The notes under the pieces are model-generated. The model searched no databases. It was not told the origin of the DNA and was given only the letters and a program-made list of their open reading frames with translations. A stretch of 64,000 nt of DNA, taken from Rhodothermales bacterium. Its GTDB lineage: Bacteria; Bacteroidota; Rhodothermia; Rhodothermales; Bin80. How positions within the stretch are numbered: position 1 is the first letter of the stretch; each line of letters begins with the position of its first letter. Both the position numbers and the translations under genes were made by a program. Positions 49,214 to 59,677 of this stretch are shown here, one piece after another. The stretch is from positions 2,666,814 to 2,730,813 of the forward strand of contig CATQHT010000003.1 of NCBI GenBank assembly GCA_958296045.1. The letters are read 5' to 3'.

Positions 49214-50764
49214 CTACCGCACCAGCGCCACCGGCAGTGTGTGTGCATGTGCCCCTGAGCTGGCCCGGATGAAGTAGGTCCCGCTCACTAGGTTGCCAGC
49301 GTCAAAGGCCAGCCGGTGTCGTCCCTTTGTCAATTCGCCCGTGTGCAAGACCGCGATCTCCCGCCCAGCGGTATCAAAGACGCGCACATCCATCGTCCGC
49401 TCCTTCAGGAGGGATAGAGACACGTTAAGGACCGGATTGAATGGGTTGGGGTATGCGTCATGCAGCATGAATGAGCCGGGCGGGGCCTCCAGCAACGCAG
49501 CCGGCATCCCAAGAGTCTTTGTACTAAGCATGAATAGGCCCTCAGGTGAGCTGCTGACCAGCACTGTGCCGCTGGGCAGGAATGGATAGGCTGTCCAGGC
49601 GCCCCAGAACCTGAGGTCATCGTTTTCTGGGTGTGTGTCGAAGTAGGCGACCTCTTGCGGAGTCGCAGGGTCGGCCACGTCAAGGATGCGCAGCCCAGAC
49701 GTATAGTTGGCCATGTATACGTATTGGCCAGCGACGTACAAGTTGTGGTCGATCGATCGGGCTTGTCCCCAGTACTCGGTAAGGATCACCGGATCATCTA
49801 GGTCTTCCACGTCCCAGATAAGCGTCCGTGTACCTTCGCCGCGGCCGCCATCACGCAGCAGGTTGCGCTCATCGAGCTCATCGTTCTGCACCACGTACCG
49901 GTGGTCGGGCGTCAGCCATCCCTGGTGGGCATAAGACACATCTGGATAATCTGAGCGCGCGATGGCGACCGGCGCCGCCTTGTCGGTGACGTCAGCGATG
50001 CTGATGGCGTTTTCGTTGAAGCCGATGCAGATTTCGCGTCCAGCATGGTCTGTATCCGGTCCGTCATAGATCACGCACTGTGCATCATGCGTGTATCCGC
50101 TGCTGCCGCGGCCAGTAGAGTAGTCTCTGTAGCAGCCGGCATACTTGGGCTTGAGCGGGTCCCTGATGTCGATCATATGGAGCCCCAGGGAGCAGTCGTT
50201 ATAGTTGCCGTACCGGCTACCCACGGCATAGGCAAAGCCGGTGGCCTCATTGATCACAATGTTATGGGCTCGCCCTATACGGTCGTAGTGCGCGTCCGCA
50301 TCGAATTCGTAGGGCCTTGTTGGGGGCGACAGCAGCCGGCTGAGGTCAAAGATCTGCATGCCATTGCGCCCGGCGCCGTCCACGACCACGAACATGTGGT
50401 CCTTATAGACCTTCATGTCGCGCCAGACGGAAGTCGATTGCCAGTCCTGTGAAGGAAGCAGACCGATATACTCAGGATTGAGCGGGTCGGTGACCTCCAC
50501 GAAGGCTACATGCTCAAAGGTGCCGACTAGCGCAAACTCCCGCCCTGAGGACGGGTCTGCCCAGCCCCAAACGTCATTAAGGTAGTTAGCATCGCCGAGC
50601 TCTGCGGGAATGATCCTAGAAAGCAGCGTGACCTCGTTGCAGCTAAAGCCGCGCACGTGGCCATTGATGCATTCGAGCTCGGTGCCGGTGATGGACTGCA
50701 GCTGTTGCCCTGCCGCGGGCGTGAGCGCGGTAAGGCCCATAAGCAGTGCAAAAGGCAGTTTCAT
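49214..50764 (-). CDS. choice-of-anchor B / LVIVD-repeat beta-propeller protein with T9SS C-terminal domain
   Basis: Paralog of 35963-37546: DVWGWADPSSGREFALVG, QIFDLSRLLSP and GLRILDVADPATPQEVAYFDT. C-terminus YPNPFNPVLNVSLSLLKERTMDVRVFDTAGR...GTYFIRASSG. Confidence 0.8.
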   Translation of the reverse strand: MKLPFALLMGLTALTPAAGQQLQSITGTELECINGHVRGFSCNEVTLLSRIIPAELGDANYLNDVWGWADPSSGREFALVGTFEHVAFVEVTDPLNPEYIGLLPSQDWQSTSVWRDMKVYKDHMFVVVDGAGRNGMQIFDLSRLLSPPTRPYEFDADAHYDRIGRAHNIVINEATGFAYAVGSRYGNYNDCSLGLHMIDIRDPLKPKYAGCYRDYSTGRGSSGYTHDAQCVIYDGPDTDHAGREICIGFNENAISIADVTDKAAPVAIARSDYPDVSYAHQGWLTPDHRYVVQNDELDERNLLRDGGRGEGTRTLIWDVEDLDDPVILTEYWGQARSIDHNLYVAGQYVYMANYTSGLRILDVADPATPQEVAYFDTHPENDDLRFWGAWTAYPFLPSGTVLVSSSPEGLFMLSTKTLGMPAALLEAPPGSFMLHDAYPNPFNPVLNVSLSLLKERTMDVRVFDTAGREIAVLHTGELTKGRHRLAFDAGNLVSGTYFIRASSGAHAHTLPVALVR

Positions 50765-50791
50765 GGCACCTCTAACTGGTGGTCGGGTAGC

Positions 50792-51396
50792 TTATATACG
50801 GAAGTTGCCATTGATATACCCACAAAGCTTGTACACGGCCGAGGTTTTCCGATAGCTGTAGGTCGGGGTGGGGCAGGGTTGCGCCGCCTGGAGACCTGCG
50901 GCGGGCCCCAGCGCCAGTGGGTGACTGCGCGACTTGGCGTCATCCTCAAAGCGGTAACGTGCCCGTCTGGGATAGGGGATAGTGTTAAGCGACCTGGCTG
51001 CGGTCATCGATATCCATAGGTACAGGTGAGCGCTTGGTTGCGGGTGCCTTACGTTGCCCATGATCAGGGATGCTTGCTCGGGGCTGCCAGTAAATCTGAA
51101 GCCACCAGCAACACGCAATCCCATGCCCGCTGCTCTGGCACGGTGACCACGCACGCAGCGAATGCCAGCGGAGATAGCTCAGACGCGATCCCATAGTCGA
51201 CACCGGTCCCCAAGCCAAATGTTGCTGATGCTACAGTGGTGGTTGCAAAGATCTTGCGTTCGAACGAAATAGCCAAGGTGCTTGGCCTGAGGACGGCCCG
51301 ATAAATGCGCGGCGCGGCGCGATCGCGACATGACATCATGCTCTCCTCCATGACCTGGCTTGCGAAAGCCAAGGAGATATTCATTCGATACACCAA
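50792..51396 (-). pseudogene. possible frameshifted outer-membrane beta-barrel gene
   Basis: Two overlapping minus-strand ORFs carry alternating beta-strand-like segments (ATFGLGTGVDYGI, GLRVAGGFRF, ARYRFEDD, AVYKLCGYINGNFRI). No clear signal peptide. Weak call. Confidence 0.25.
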
Positions 51397-52111
51397 TGGT
51401 ATGGTGCCTCTTGAGTCAATAGGCGCCGCCTATGCACGGTAACAGGCTGGGCTAAAGTCGAGGCTCACCTACCCCGCCTTGGCCCCGCATCGTCTCATGC
51501 TCAGTGAATTGGCGCTCTCGGAACAGATCCTATTCATGGCTGGCGCCCTCGACTGGTTGCCAGGCCTTGCCGGTGCACATTCAACGCGGCGCCCCTGCGC
51601 GTGAATCGGCGCGTGGTTCCCTATAGATTTGCGCTCAGCCAAGTTGGTGTGTAATGCCCAACGCATTGGCTTCTTGCTCGTTCCTACCAGTGTACAATTC
51701 AAAGATTCGCGAATGCCCGACTATCACCCGACACCGTGGGCCGTTGGATAAAACATGCAGCGACTCGATCGCGCAGCGCCCCACCCTGTGAGCGACTGCG
51801 GTATTTTCTTATCCGTGCCAGCCGCCAGACCGCTGCGGGCTTCGTCTGCCACCCCGCTATTGGCATTGCCGCATCCGAGCCCCACGGCCTTGGCGCTCGC
51901 TGAATGCCCCAGGCCTGGACGGACCTCTTATGAACCTCGACAGCCTATCGAGATGCTTACCAATTGCCACCGTGTGCGGCGGGCAGGTTAAGGCAGGTAT
52001 AACTGCGCCTTATGCAGCCTTACGGCGAGGGCAGGTGGACAGGCGCATCCGCTGCGCCGCATGGCAAATTGGGCCCTGTAGCGTGCAGTGCCAAGAGCTG
52101 GGAAAACCGTC

Positions 52112-53743
52112 ATGATCGGGACCGTCTTTACGCTGCGGGCGCTGGCCAGTGAGTGGTCTGAGCGCTTTGCCCACAAAGCAGTCACGGATGCGTGGTCCCA
52201 GCACCCTGGTGAACTCATCGTTGCCATCGAAAAGCAGGGTCAGCTGCACCTGAGACTGCAGGGCGCGGTGCGATGCACCTTTCGCTCACCGAGGTCGGCC
52301 CGGGCACGGCGCAACGCGGTCACCGTGCTCGCGAAGGTGCGCGGCAGCGTTGTGCGACAGGTGCGTATCGCAGAAGGGGACCGAATTCTGATCATTGAGC
52401 TGGATCAGGGGCGATCGCTGCGAGCGTACCTCTTTGGAAGCCGATCCAACGTATACCTGACCCAGGCAGATCGCCGCATCGTGGCCGCCTTCCGCAAAGG
52501 AACGTTAAAGGAAGATGACTTTGCGCCGCCCCATGTCGCTGCCCGGCTGCCAACAGGACTCGAAGAGTTCCAGAGGCGCCTAGCGCGTAACCGACGACGC
52601 CCGTTAGCACAGGCGCTTAGTGCTGCGTGCCGCGTCTTTGACCGTACCTTGGTGACCGAAGTGATGGACCGAGCCAATGTGACAGACCAGCCCGTGTCCC
52701 GCTGCGAGAGCGGTGCGGCGCATGCGTTGTTCGAAGCCGCGCAACAAGTGCGCCAAGAACTGGAATCACCCGCGCCCCGTATCTATCACCAGAGCCACAC
52801 CTTTTCCCTGATTGCGCTCAGATCTTTGGAGCACGTCGATGCTGAAACGTTCAGTACCACCGACCATGCGGCGCGCGCATGGGCACAACGCGCACTGGCC
52901 CGGCAGGCACTGGCCCAAGAGCGGGACCCGATACGGAAGATAGCAGCGAGGGCTGCGCGCAAAGCCTCAAGGAGCGCCTGCGCTTTGCGCCAACAGCTGG
53001 GCAAGGGCTCTACCGCAGATCGCTATGAGCAATTAGGGCATCTGCTAATGGCCATCCCCCCGCAGCCGGCCGGCTGCCACGCCATCACGGTGCCCGACCT
53101 GTTGGGACGCCAGGAGCTACGGACCATCCCGTTGCGCCCCAACCTGAGCACGATCGATAACGCGGAGCGTTACTATCGCAAAGCGCGCAATGCTCGCCAG
53201 GCCCATGCTATGCTAGAGGAACGCGCGCAGGCGGCCGACGCGCGCGCTGGCCGCCTGACAGCACTGGTGGAGGCGCTCGATACCGTTTCGTCTGTAGCCC
53301 AGGTACGGGCGCTCAAAGTACGCGAAGCGGACACGCTCAAAGACCTAGTTGCGCCGCGCAAAGACGCACCGCGGTTGCCATACCGGTCGGTGAACCTGGC
53401 GCCAGGGTACGAGGTGCGGATAGGCAAGAGCGCCCGTGACAGCGACCAGCTCACGCGGCGCCACGCGCGCCCCTTTGATCTGTGGATGCATGCGCGCGGC
53501 GCAACAGGGGCCCACCTGGTTTTGCGGTTACCCCACCGCACCGCGGCGCCGTCCGCGGCCATCGTGCAGCAGGCAGCAGCCATGGCTGCCTGGCACAGCA
53601 AAGCGCGCGGCAGTACGTTGGTGCCGGTAACTGTAACGCCGCGCAAATACGTCCGTAAGCCCAAAGGCGCGGCGCCAGGCGCCGTGATCGTTGACCGAGA
53701 AGAGGAGGTGATCATCGTCAGACCAGCGATGCCACGCACCTGA
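52112..53743 (+). CDS. NFACT-family (FbpA N-terminal + DUF814/NFACT-R) RNA-binding protein, RqcH-like
   Basis: YEVRIGKSARDSDQLTRRHARPFDLWMHARGATGAHLVLRL is the DUF814 signature. The N-terminal region resembles fibronectin-binding protein A. The start could be 52088 or 52112. Confidence 0.75.
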   Translation: MIGTVFTLRALASEWSERFAHKAVTDAWSQHPGELIVAIEKQGQLHLRLQGAVRCTFRSPRSARARRNAVTVLAKVRGSVVRQVRIAEGDRILIIELDQGRSLRAYLFGSRSNVYLTQADRRIVAAFRKGTLKEDDFAPPHVAARLPTGLEEFQRRLARNRRRPLAQALSAACRVFDRTLVTEVMDRANVTDQPVSRCESGAAHALFEAAQQVRQELESPAPRIYHQSHTFSLIALRSLEHVDAETFSTTDHAARAWAQRALARQALAQERDPIRKIAARAARKASRSACALRQQLGKGSTADRYEQLGHLLMAIPPQPAGCHAITVPDLLGRQELRTIPLRPNLSTIDNAERYYRKARNARQAHAMLEERAQAADARAGRLTALVEALDTVSSVAQVRALKVREADTLKDLVAPRKDAPRLPYRSVNLAPGYEVRIGKSARDSDQLTRRHARPFDLWMHARGATGAHLVLRLPHRTAAPSAAIVQQAAAMAAWHSKARGSTLVPVTVTPRKYVRKPKGAAPGAVIVDREEEVIIVRPAMPRT

Positions 53744-53758
53744 ATTGCATGAGAAGCT

Positions 53759-54577
53759 ATGGAGTGGTGGGTAGCTAGCCTCCTGGGCCTAGTACAAGGA
53801 CTGACGGAGTTTCTTCCCGTGTCGTCGTCAGGGCATCTGGTCTTGGCACAGGCCGCGCTCGGCGTTCAAGCCGACGAAGGGCTCCTCTTTGAGGTATTGG
53901 TCCACCTGGGCACGGCACTGAGCATCGTGACGGTCTACGGACGGCAGCTGGGAGCCATCGCCTGGGACATGCTGCGCGCCGTGCGGCGCCCGGTAACGAC
54001 CTGGCGTCAAAGCCAGGATGCCCGCACTGGAGGCTTTATCTTGCTGACGCTTCTACCGACTGGTATTGTGTACCTCCTTTTTGCCAAGCCTCTAGAAGCT
54101 ACCTTCGATTATCCAGCCCTCGCCAGCGCCATGCTGCTGGTCACCGGTGTGCTGCTCCTGCTAACCGTCAAGGTGCACCCCTATAGGCATGGGAAGCTGA
54201 CCTGGGCCAAAGCCCTGGTGGTCGGGCTGGCCCAGGGAGCGGCCCTTTTGCCTGGCATCTCACGTTCGGGCGCCACCATCTGCGCGGCGCTATACCAGAA
54301 AGTGACACCGCAGACAGCAGCCGACTTTGCGTTTCTTATGGCAGTACCTGTCATCTTTGGCGCCGCCTTGATCAAAGGATGGCCGCTGCTGGAGTCGCCA
54401 CAGGACGTGAACCTGGCGCCCCTTGTCATCGGCACACTCGCCGCCTACCTCAGCGGTATGGCGGCGATAAAAGTGGTGCTGGGCTTTGTGCAGCGCGGCA
54501 GACTCCACTATTTTGCCTATTACTGCTTCGGGATCGGCACCTTGGGGCTGATCCTGATCTATATGCCATGGCTATGA
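53759..54577 (+). CDS. uppP: undecaprenyl-diphosphate phosphatase
   Basis: TEFLPVSSSGHL and LLPGISRSGATI signatures. 8 TM helices. 272 aa. Confidence 0.95.
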   Translation: MEWWVASLLGLVQGLTEFLPVSSSGHLVLAQAALGVQADEGLLFEVLVHLGTALSIVTVYGRQLGAIAWDMLRAVRRPVTTWRQSQDARTGGFILLTLLPTGIVYLLFAKPLEATFDYPALASAMLLVTGVLLLLTVKVHPYRHGKLTWAKALVVGLAQGAALLPGISRSGATICAALYQKVTPQTAADFAFLMAVPVIFGAALIKGWPLLESPQDVNLAPLVIGTLAAYLSGMAAIKVVLGFVQRGRLHYFAYYCFGIGTLGLILIYMPWL

Positions 54578-55389
54578 ACCTCACGCCGTACGAACGCCGA
54601 GCGCGCCGCGAAATCGATGACTGGGTGCGAGGCGATGCCTCCATCCTGGCACGGGCGTTTAACCTGGTGATGAAGCCGGTGGACTGGGCCGTGGAGCAGG
54701 CCGTGCCAGCAGCCGTGGCGCAGCAGGCAGGCGATGCCGTGGGTCAGTTTCTATCGATGCTCAACGATGCGTCCAAATGGACATGCGACACGTCCGCGCT
54801 TGCCACCGCCGCCCAGGCACAAGGCATGGACGTGGAAGATGTGGAGGCCCTCAGAAGCCAGCCGCTTGAGCGCCTAGATGGCTTGGCCCGAGGCTTTTTT
54901 TCGCAGAACGCGCTTTTAGCGGCGCTCAGCGGCGGAGGCACCGGTCTGGGTGGGTTTGCACTCATCGCTGCGGATATCCCCATACTTTTTACGATCAACT
55001 TCCGGCTGATTCAGCAGATCGGCGCGGCATTCGGGTTTCCCATGAAGAGCCCCGAATACGGACCCGTCGTGCTGTCCATATATAATGCCGCGGCCGCTGG
55101 CACGCGCGACGCGCGCGGCGCGGCCTTGAGTGAAGTCACGGTGGCCGCTGCGGCGCTGGCTGGCAGGTCCGGCTACAAAGGGCGTGTGCGCGGCACCATT
55201 GGCGACCAGAGCAGACACCTGCCGCGGGAGATAACAAAAAACCTGGTGGGCCGAAAGCTGCTGCAAGCTATCCCGCTTGCCGGTGCGGCCGTCGGAGCGG
55301 GCATCAACTACTGGTTTACCAGCGAAACCGCCAAAACCGCGTTCATGCTGTTTCGGGCGCTCCACCTGGAATTCAAAGAACGCCGGTAG
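54568..55389 (+). CDS. EcsC-family protein
   Basis: MAMNLTPYERRARREIDDWV... and LSGGGTGLGGFALIAADIPILFTINFRLIQQIGAAFGF are typical of EcsC. The start overlaps the uppP stop by 10 nt; the ORF-track start at 54379 lies inside uppP. Confidence 0.75.
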   Translation: MAMNLTPYERRARREIDDWVRGDASILARAFNLVMKPVDWAVEQAVPAAVAQQAGDAVGQFLSMLNDASKWTCDTSALATAAQAQGMDVEDVEALRSQPLERLDGLARGFFSQNALLAALSGGGTGLGGFALIAADIPILFTINFRLIQQIGAAFGFPMKSPEYGPVVLSIYNAAAAGTRDARGAALSEVTVAAAALAGRSGYKGRVRGTIGDQSRHLPREITKNLVGRKLLQAIPLAGAAVGAGINYWFTSETAKTAFMLFRALHLEFKERR

Positions 55390-55392
55390 TTT

Positions 55393-56730
55393 ATGCCTTT
55401 GGTAGCCATCGTTGGGCGCCCCAATGTGGGTAAGTCGACCCTGTTTAATCGGCTGACGCAGGCGCGGCAGGCTATCGTGGCTGACGAGCCGGGAGTGACG
55501 CGCGACCGGGTCTATGGTACGGTCGAATGGAACGGCAGAACCTTCTCGTTGGTGGATACGGGCGGCTTTGTGCCACGCTCGGCCGAGAGGTTTGAGAAAG
55601 CTATTCGCGAACAGGTGCACATCGCCATTGAGGAAGCCGATGTGGTGGTGATGGTCGCCGACGTAATGTCGGGTGTCACGGACCTGGACGACGAGATGGC
55701 CCGGACGCTCAGACGCAGCGGCCAGCCGGTGCTGGTGGTCGGCAACAAGGCGGACAACATTGAGCGGCGCTATATGGCGGCGTCCCTCTACCGTCTGGGG
55801 CTAGGGGAGGTATTTCCGGTCAGCGGCACCAATGGCATGGGGACGGGCGACTTTCTGGACGCGCTGGTGGAGCAGCTGCCGGCCTCGTCGTCGACAACTC
55901 AGCCCCAGGGGCTGGACGGCATCGCCCTTTTGGGGCGCCCCAATGCGGGCAAATCACTTTTGGCCAATGCCCTGTTGGGGCGTGAGCGCTCTATCGTGAC
56001 CAGCGTCGGCGGTACCACGCGCGACGCCATCGACAGCCCCATCACATGGCGGGGCCACCACCTAACCCTGATAGATACCGCTGGCTTGCGCAAGCGTGCC
56101 CGTGTGGCGGACAACATTGAATTCTATTCGGTGCTGCGCACGCGGCGCGCCATGGAGCGCTGCGAAGTGGTCGTCATCGTGCTCGATGCCACCCGAGGGC
56201 TTCAGGCGCAGGACATCCGGATCCTGAAAGATGCGGAAGCAGCCAACAAGGGGCTGCTGATTGCGGTCAACAAATGGGACCTGATAGAAAAGGTTACGAA
56301 CACGGCGCGCGACTATGAAGCAAACCTGAGGGCGGGGCTAAAGACGCTGGACTATGTGCCGGTGCAGTTCATCTCGGCGCTGACGCGGCAGCGGGTTCAT
56401 CGCGTGCTGGAATATTCCGTTCGTATCCTGGCGGCCCGCGCCGAGCGTGTGCCGACCGCCAAGCTCAACACCGTGGTGCAGCAGGCTATCCGGCGAAACC
56501 ATCCGCCCAGCTACCGCAACCGCCATGTGCAGATCAAGTATGCCACGCAGGTCAGCACGCGACCCCCGGTCTTTGCATTTTTCTGCAACCACCCGTACGG
56601 CATCACGACCGCGTACCGACGCTTTCTCGAACGGCGGCTGCGCGAAGCCTTCGGGTTCGAAGGCGTGCCCATCTCCGTCGTATTCAAAGCCAAGTCGAAG
56701 CAGGACCTAGCGGAACAACCGGACGCGTGA
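55393..56730 (+). CDS. der: ribosome biogenesis GTPase Der (EngA)
   Basis: Two GTPase domains (GRPNVGKSTLFN/DTGG/NKAD and GRPNAGKSLLAN/DTAG/NKWD) plus a KH-like C-terminus. Confidence 0.95.
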   Translation: MPLVAIVGRPNVGKSTLFNRLTQARQAIVADEPGVTRDRVYGTVEWNGRTFSLVDTGGFVPRSAERFEKAIREQVHIAIEEADVVVMVADVMSGVTDLDDEMARTLRRSGQPVLVVGNKADNIERRYMAASLYRLGLGEVFPVSGTNGMGTGDFLDALVEQLPASSSTTQPQGLDGIALLGRPNAGKSLLANALLGRERSIVTSVGGTTRDAIDSPITWRGHHLTLIDTAGLRKRARVADNIEFYSVLRTRRAMERCEVVVIVLDATRGLQAQDIRILKDAEAANKGLLIAVNKWDLIEKVTNTARDYEANLRAGLKTLDYVPVQFISALTRQRVHRVLEYSVRILAARAERVPTAKLNTVVQQAIRRNHPPSYRNRHVQIKYATQVSTRPPVFAFFCNHPYGITTAYRRFLERRLREAFGFEGVPISVVFKAKSKQDLAEQPDA

Positions 56731-56766
56731 GGGCTTCGAATACCCATCGTCTATTCGACTTCTTAG

Positions 56767-57489
56767 ATGCCCGGCGTCCCAAAAAATACGAAGCCAGAAA
56801 ATGAGCGCACGCTCAACCTGGCCGAGCGGCTGTATCTGCCCGAAATTTTCAAGGGATTGGCTTACAGCTTCAAAAAGATGATCAGGGAGCCGCAGTACAC
56901 GGTGGAATATCCTGATGAGCTGTGGGATCCTCCCGACTCATATCGCGGACGCCCCGTCTTGGTGGAAGAGGACGGCAAGCCGCGCTGCGTCTCGTGCAAC
57001 CTGTGCGCCAAGGCGTGCCCGCCGATGGCCATATCGATGCAGTCGAAAGAGGTCGACGACCCGTCGAGTGCCAAAGAGCGAGAGCCCGCCTGGTTTGAAA
57101 TCAACATGCTCCGCTGCATCTACTGCGGCTTTTGTGAGGAGGTCTGCCCAGAAGAAGCCATAGTGATGTCCAAAGAGTATGACCTGACCTTCCAGGACCG
57201 GGATGAGGCCATCTTCGGCATGGATCGCCTCCTTATTCCCGCCGAGCGCCTGACTGAGCGGCTGCGCTATCTGCGGGAATACAAGGATCCGCAGGAAGAA
57301 GCCGAACCCTGGCAGCACCCCACTGAAAACAACCTGCACAGCCTCAAAGACCGACACCATCTGGAGGCGCTGGCCAAAAAGAAGATGCCAGCGTTGGCCA
57401 ACACGCACTTGCGTGCCGAGGCTCCGATCGCGCAGGCCAACACATGGAGCGGTCGCGCTACAGAACGCGCTGCAGAAGAGGATAAATGA
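56767..57489 (+). CDS. nuoI: NADH-quinone oxidoreductase subunit I-like 2x[4Fe-4S] protein with C-terminal extension
   Basis: [32 protein letters not shown], plus the cluster motifs [12 protein letters not shown] and [12 protein letters not shown]. About 80 extra C-terminal residues. No other nuo genes nearby. Confidence 0.75.
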   Translation: MPGVPKNTKPENERTLNLAERLYLPEIFKGLAYSFKKMIREPQYTVEYPDELWDPPDSYRGRPVLVEEDGKPRCVSCNLCAKACPPMAISMQSKEVDDPSSAKEREPAWFEINMLRCIYCGFCEEVCPEEAIVMSKEYDLTFQDRDEAIFGMDRLLIPAERLTERLRYLREYKDPQEEAEPWQHPTENNLHSLKDRHHLEALAKKKMPALANTHLRAEAPIAQANTWSGRATERAAEEDK

Positions 57490-57953
57490 GTCCGGCCGGG
57501 ATGCGCAGGGCGCTGCTTTTGCAGCTCGGTCATTTAGAGGAAGAGCTGGAGGCCACTAGGGTTGTTGGCCGACATCTGCTGCCTGCCATGCTTACCGCCA
57601 GAAGCGGGGACGCATCCGTCCAAGAGTGTTACGGCCAATTGGCGGAACGGGACCGCAAGATGTTGCCGCAGCTCAAGCACATGACAGCGTTGCCCCATCC
57701 AGCCGTCTCTTCCCCTATCGCGCCAGCCGAGGCGTCGTGGAACGAGATGACGTTCGGCGAGGTGCTGGACGCCGCGTGTGCGGCGCGGCGTACGCTGGTC
57801 GCCTTTGTGCGCACGCTGCCTTTGGCGGCATGGACCCGGACGGAGGTGGTCGATGGCAAAAAGAGCGACATGTTTGGACTCTTGCATCAGCTCACGCAAG
57901 CGGACGCAGAGCTGCTGCAGCGTGTGGCCCGGCAGCTGAACCAGATGCTGTAG
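57486..57953 (+). CDS. hypothetical protein (DinB-like helical bundle?)
   Basis: 155-aa ORF whose ATG overlaps the nuoI stop (ATGA), suggesting coupling. The family guess is weak. Confidence 0.4.
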   Translation: MSPAGMRRALLLQLGHLEEELEATRVVGRHLLPAMLTARSGDASVQECYGQLAERDRKMLPQLKHMTALPHPAVSSPIAPAEASWNEMTFGEVLDAACAARRTLVAFVRTLPLAAWTRTEVVDGKKSDMFGLLHQLTQADAELLQRVARQLNQML

Positions 57954-57955
57954 CT

Positions 57956-59029
57956 GTGAAGGCTGCCCGCAAAGACAGCGTTCCTCAGCGGTTTGAGGAC
58001 CTAAAGAAGATCTTCAAGACGGGTGCATTAGAGCCACTGTACCTGTTGTATGGAGACGAGCCCTTCTTTTTGACCGAGCTGCAGCGTTTTGCGGAAAAGG
58101 TCGTCGTGGATGAAGCGCTAAAAGACTTCAACTGCGACATCTTTTATGGCGACGAGGTTGCTGCCGACGAAGCGATCTTGCGGTGTCTGGCACCACCCAT
58201 GATGGCAAAGCGGCGCCTAGTTATCGTCCGTCGCTTCCATAAGATGGCTGGCAATGACCGCTGGATAGCGTACGAAAAGCACCCGAACCCGCGCGCGGTA
58301 GTGCTGCTCATCTGTGAGCAGAGACCCGACATGCGGCGCAAGGTGTACAAAGCGCTCAAGGCCAGACGTGTAGCCCACGAGTTTGAGCCGCTGAAAAAAA
58401 ATCAGAGACTCTCGTTTATTCGCCAGCGTGTCAAAGCCGCGGGGCGGTCTATCGAAGCGGATGCCCTAGACTTGCTAGGGGAATACCTGGGAGCCTCCCT
58501 GAGTGTCGTCGCAACAGAGACTGATAAGCTGCTGACTTATGCCGGCCAACGGACGCAACTGACGGTTGACGATGTGGCCGTGGCGATCGGGCAGTCCATC
58601 GATGTCAAGCCCTGGGAGCTGCAGGAGGCGGTCTTAGATGGTGATCCGTTTCGGTCCGAGGCCCTTGCTTCGAAGCTTATCGAGAGCAGCCAGGATAAGC
58701 GAGGAACAGCCATTGGGACCGTCATTAGCCTGGGAAAATTTTTTTCTCAGGCGTGGAAAGCCTACAGTCTGGAGCACCGCCGCCGTATGCCGCGTTCTAA
58801 GGTGGCTGAGGCGCTGGATTCGCGCCCATTTGTGGCACGCAAGTACATCAGAGCGGCCCGCCACTTTGGGCCAGACGGTCTGCAGCAGGTCTTTAGCGCG
58901 CTCCTGGCCGCTGACTGTGAGCTGAAAGGCTTCAGAATGCGAGACCCCGAGCTGGTGATGACGCTCCTGTTGCGACGCGTGCATGAAGCGGCTGGGGCCG
59001 GATCCAGGCACGCTGCGCGCGCGCGCTGA
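57956..59029 (+). CDS. holA: DNA polymerase III subunit delta
   Basis: FEDLKKIFKTGALEPLYLLYGDEPFFLTELQRF is the typical delta N-terminus. About 357 aa from a GTG at 57956. The ORF-track start at 57626 overlaps the previous gene. Confidence 0.8.
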   Translation: MKAARKDSVPQRFEDLKKIFKTGALEPLYLLYGDEPFFLTELQRFAEKVVVDEALKDFNCDIFYGDEVAADEAILRCLAPPMMAKRRLVIVRRFHKMAGNDRWIAYEKHPNPRAVVLLICEQRPDMRRKVYKALKARRVAHEFEPLKKNQRLSFIRQRVKAAGRSIEADALDLLGEYLGASLSVVATETDKLLTYAGQRTQLTVDDVAVAIGQSIDVKPWELQEAVLDGDPFRSEALASKLIESSQDKRGTAIGTVISLGKFFSQAWKAYSLEHRRRMPRSKVAEALDSRPFVARKYIRAARHFGPDGLQQVFSALLAADCELKGFRMRDPELVMTLLLRRVHEAAGAGSRHAARAR

Positions 59030-59090
59030 CCGCAGCGAAACAAAAACGCCGCCCGTTCATTCCGCACCATATCCACCTGCACCCCTGCTT

Positions 59091-59576
59091 ATGGCACAAG
59101 GATACCACAGCACATCTCTTGCACCCAGCATGCTCGTTGATGAGCTGCTGTGCGAATTCGTCGATGGGACCATCGAAGAGTCCATCCGCGACGACTTTGA
59201 GGCCTGCATGCGTGCTAACAGGGATCTGGCGGTGCGCGTGGACCGGCTGCGTGCTACTCGGCAGCTGTTGAGGCAGTACCGGTGGCGTGACACCAATGGA
59301 ACGAACCAGCGCGTGCGTGCGCGCCTATTGCGTCAGCTCCAGGCGTCTGGCGCTCCCAAGGCTTCCGGTAGCATGTTCCGGGTGCTGGCGCTCGCGCTGT
59401 GCGCAATGCCGCTGGTCCAAACCGCGCCAATGGTGCCTGTCCCCGCACTTCATCAGGCGCTGGCGCTCCCGGCTGCGATGCCGTACTGGGCGCAGTCCTG
59501 TCCGAGCGGAGCGGGCGCCCTGCGCATCGCCGCGTCGCCTCATCTGATGACCGCGACGGCGGTTTCCTGCAAGTAA
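59091..59576 (+). CDS. hypothetical membrane protein, anti-sigma-factor-like N-terminus
   Basis: LLCEFVDGTIEESIRDDFEACMRANRDLAVRVDRLR resembles an anti-sigma N-terminal helix pair. One TM segment (MFRVLALALCAMPLV). Weak call. Confidence 0.35.
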   Translation: MAQGYHSTSLAPSMLVDELLCEFVDGTIEESIRDDFEACMRANRDLAVRVDRLRATRQLLRQYRWRDTNGTNQRVRARLLRQLQASGAPKASGSMFRVLALALCAMPLVQTAPMVPVPALHQALALPAAMPYWAQSCPSGAGALRIAASPHLMTATAVSCK

Positions 59577-59582
59577 TTCTTT

Positions 59583-59659
59583 GGGCCCTTAGCTCAGCGG
59601 TTTAGAGCGCTCGCCTCACACGCGAGAGGTCACAGGTTCGAATCCCGTAGGGCCCACCA
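59583..59659 (+). tRNA. tRNA-Val (anticodon CAC), CCA encoded
   Basis: Acceptor stem GGGCCCT/AGGGCCC. D arm AGCTCAGCGGTTTAGAGC. Anticodon stem-loop CTCGC-CTCACAC-GCGAG. T arm GGTTCGAATCC. 3' ACCA. Confidence 0.9.
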
Positions 59660-59677
59660 CACGCCAAGTACAAACCA

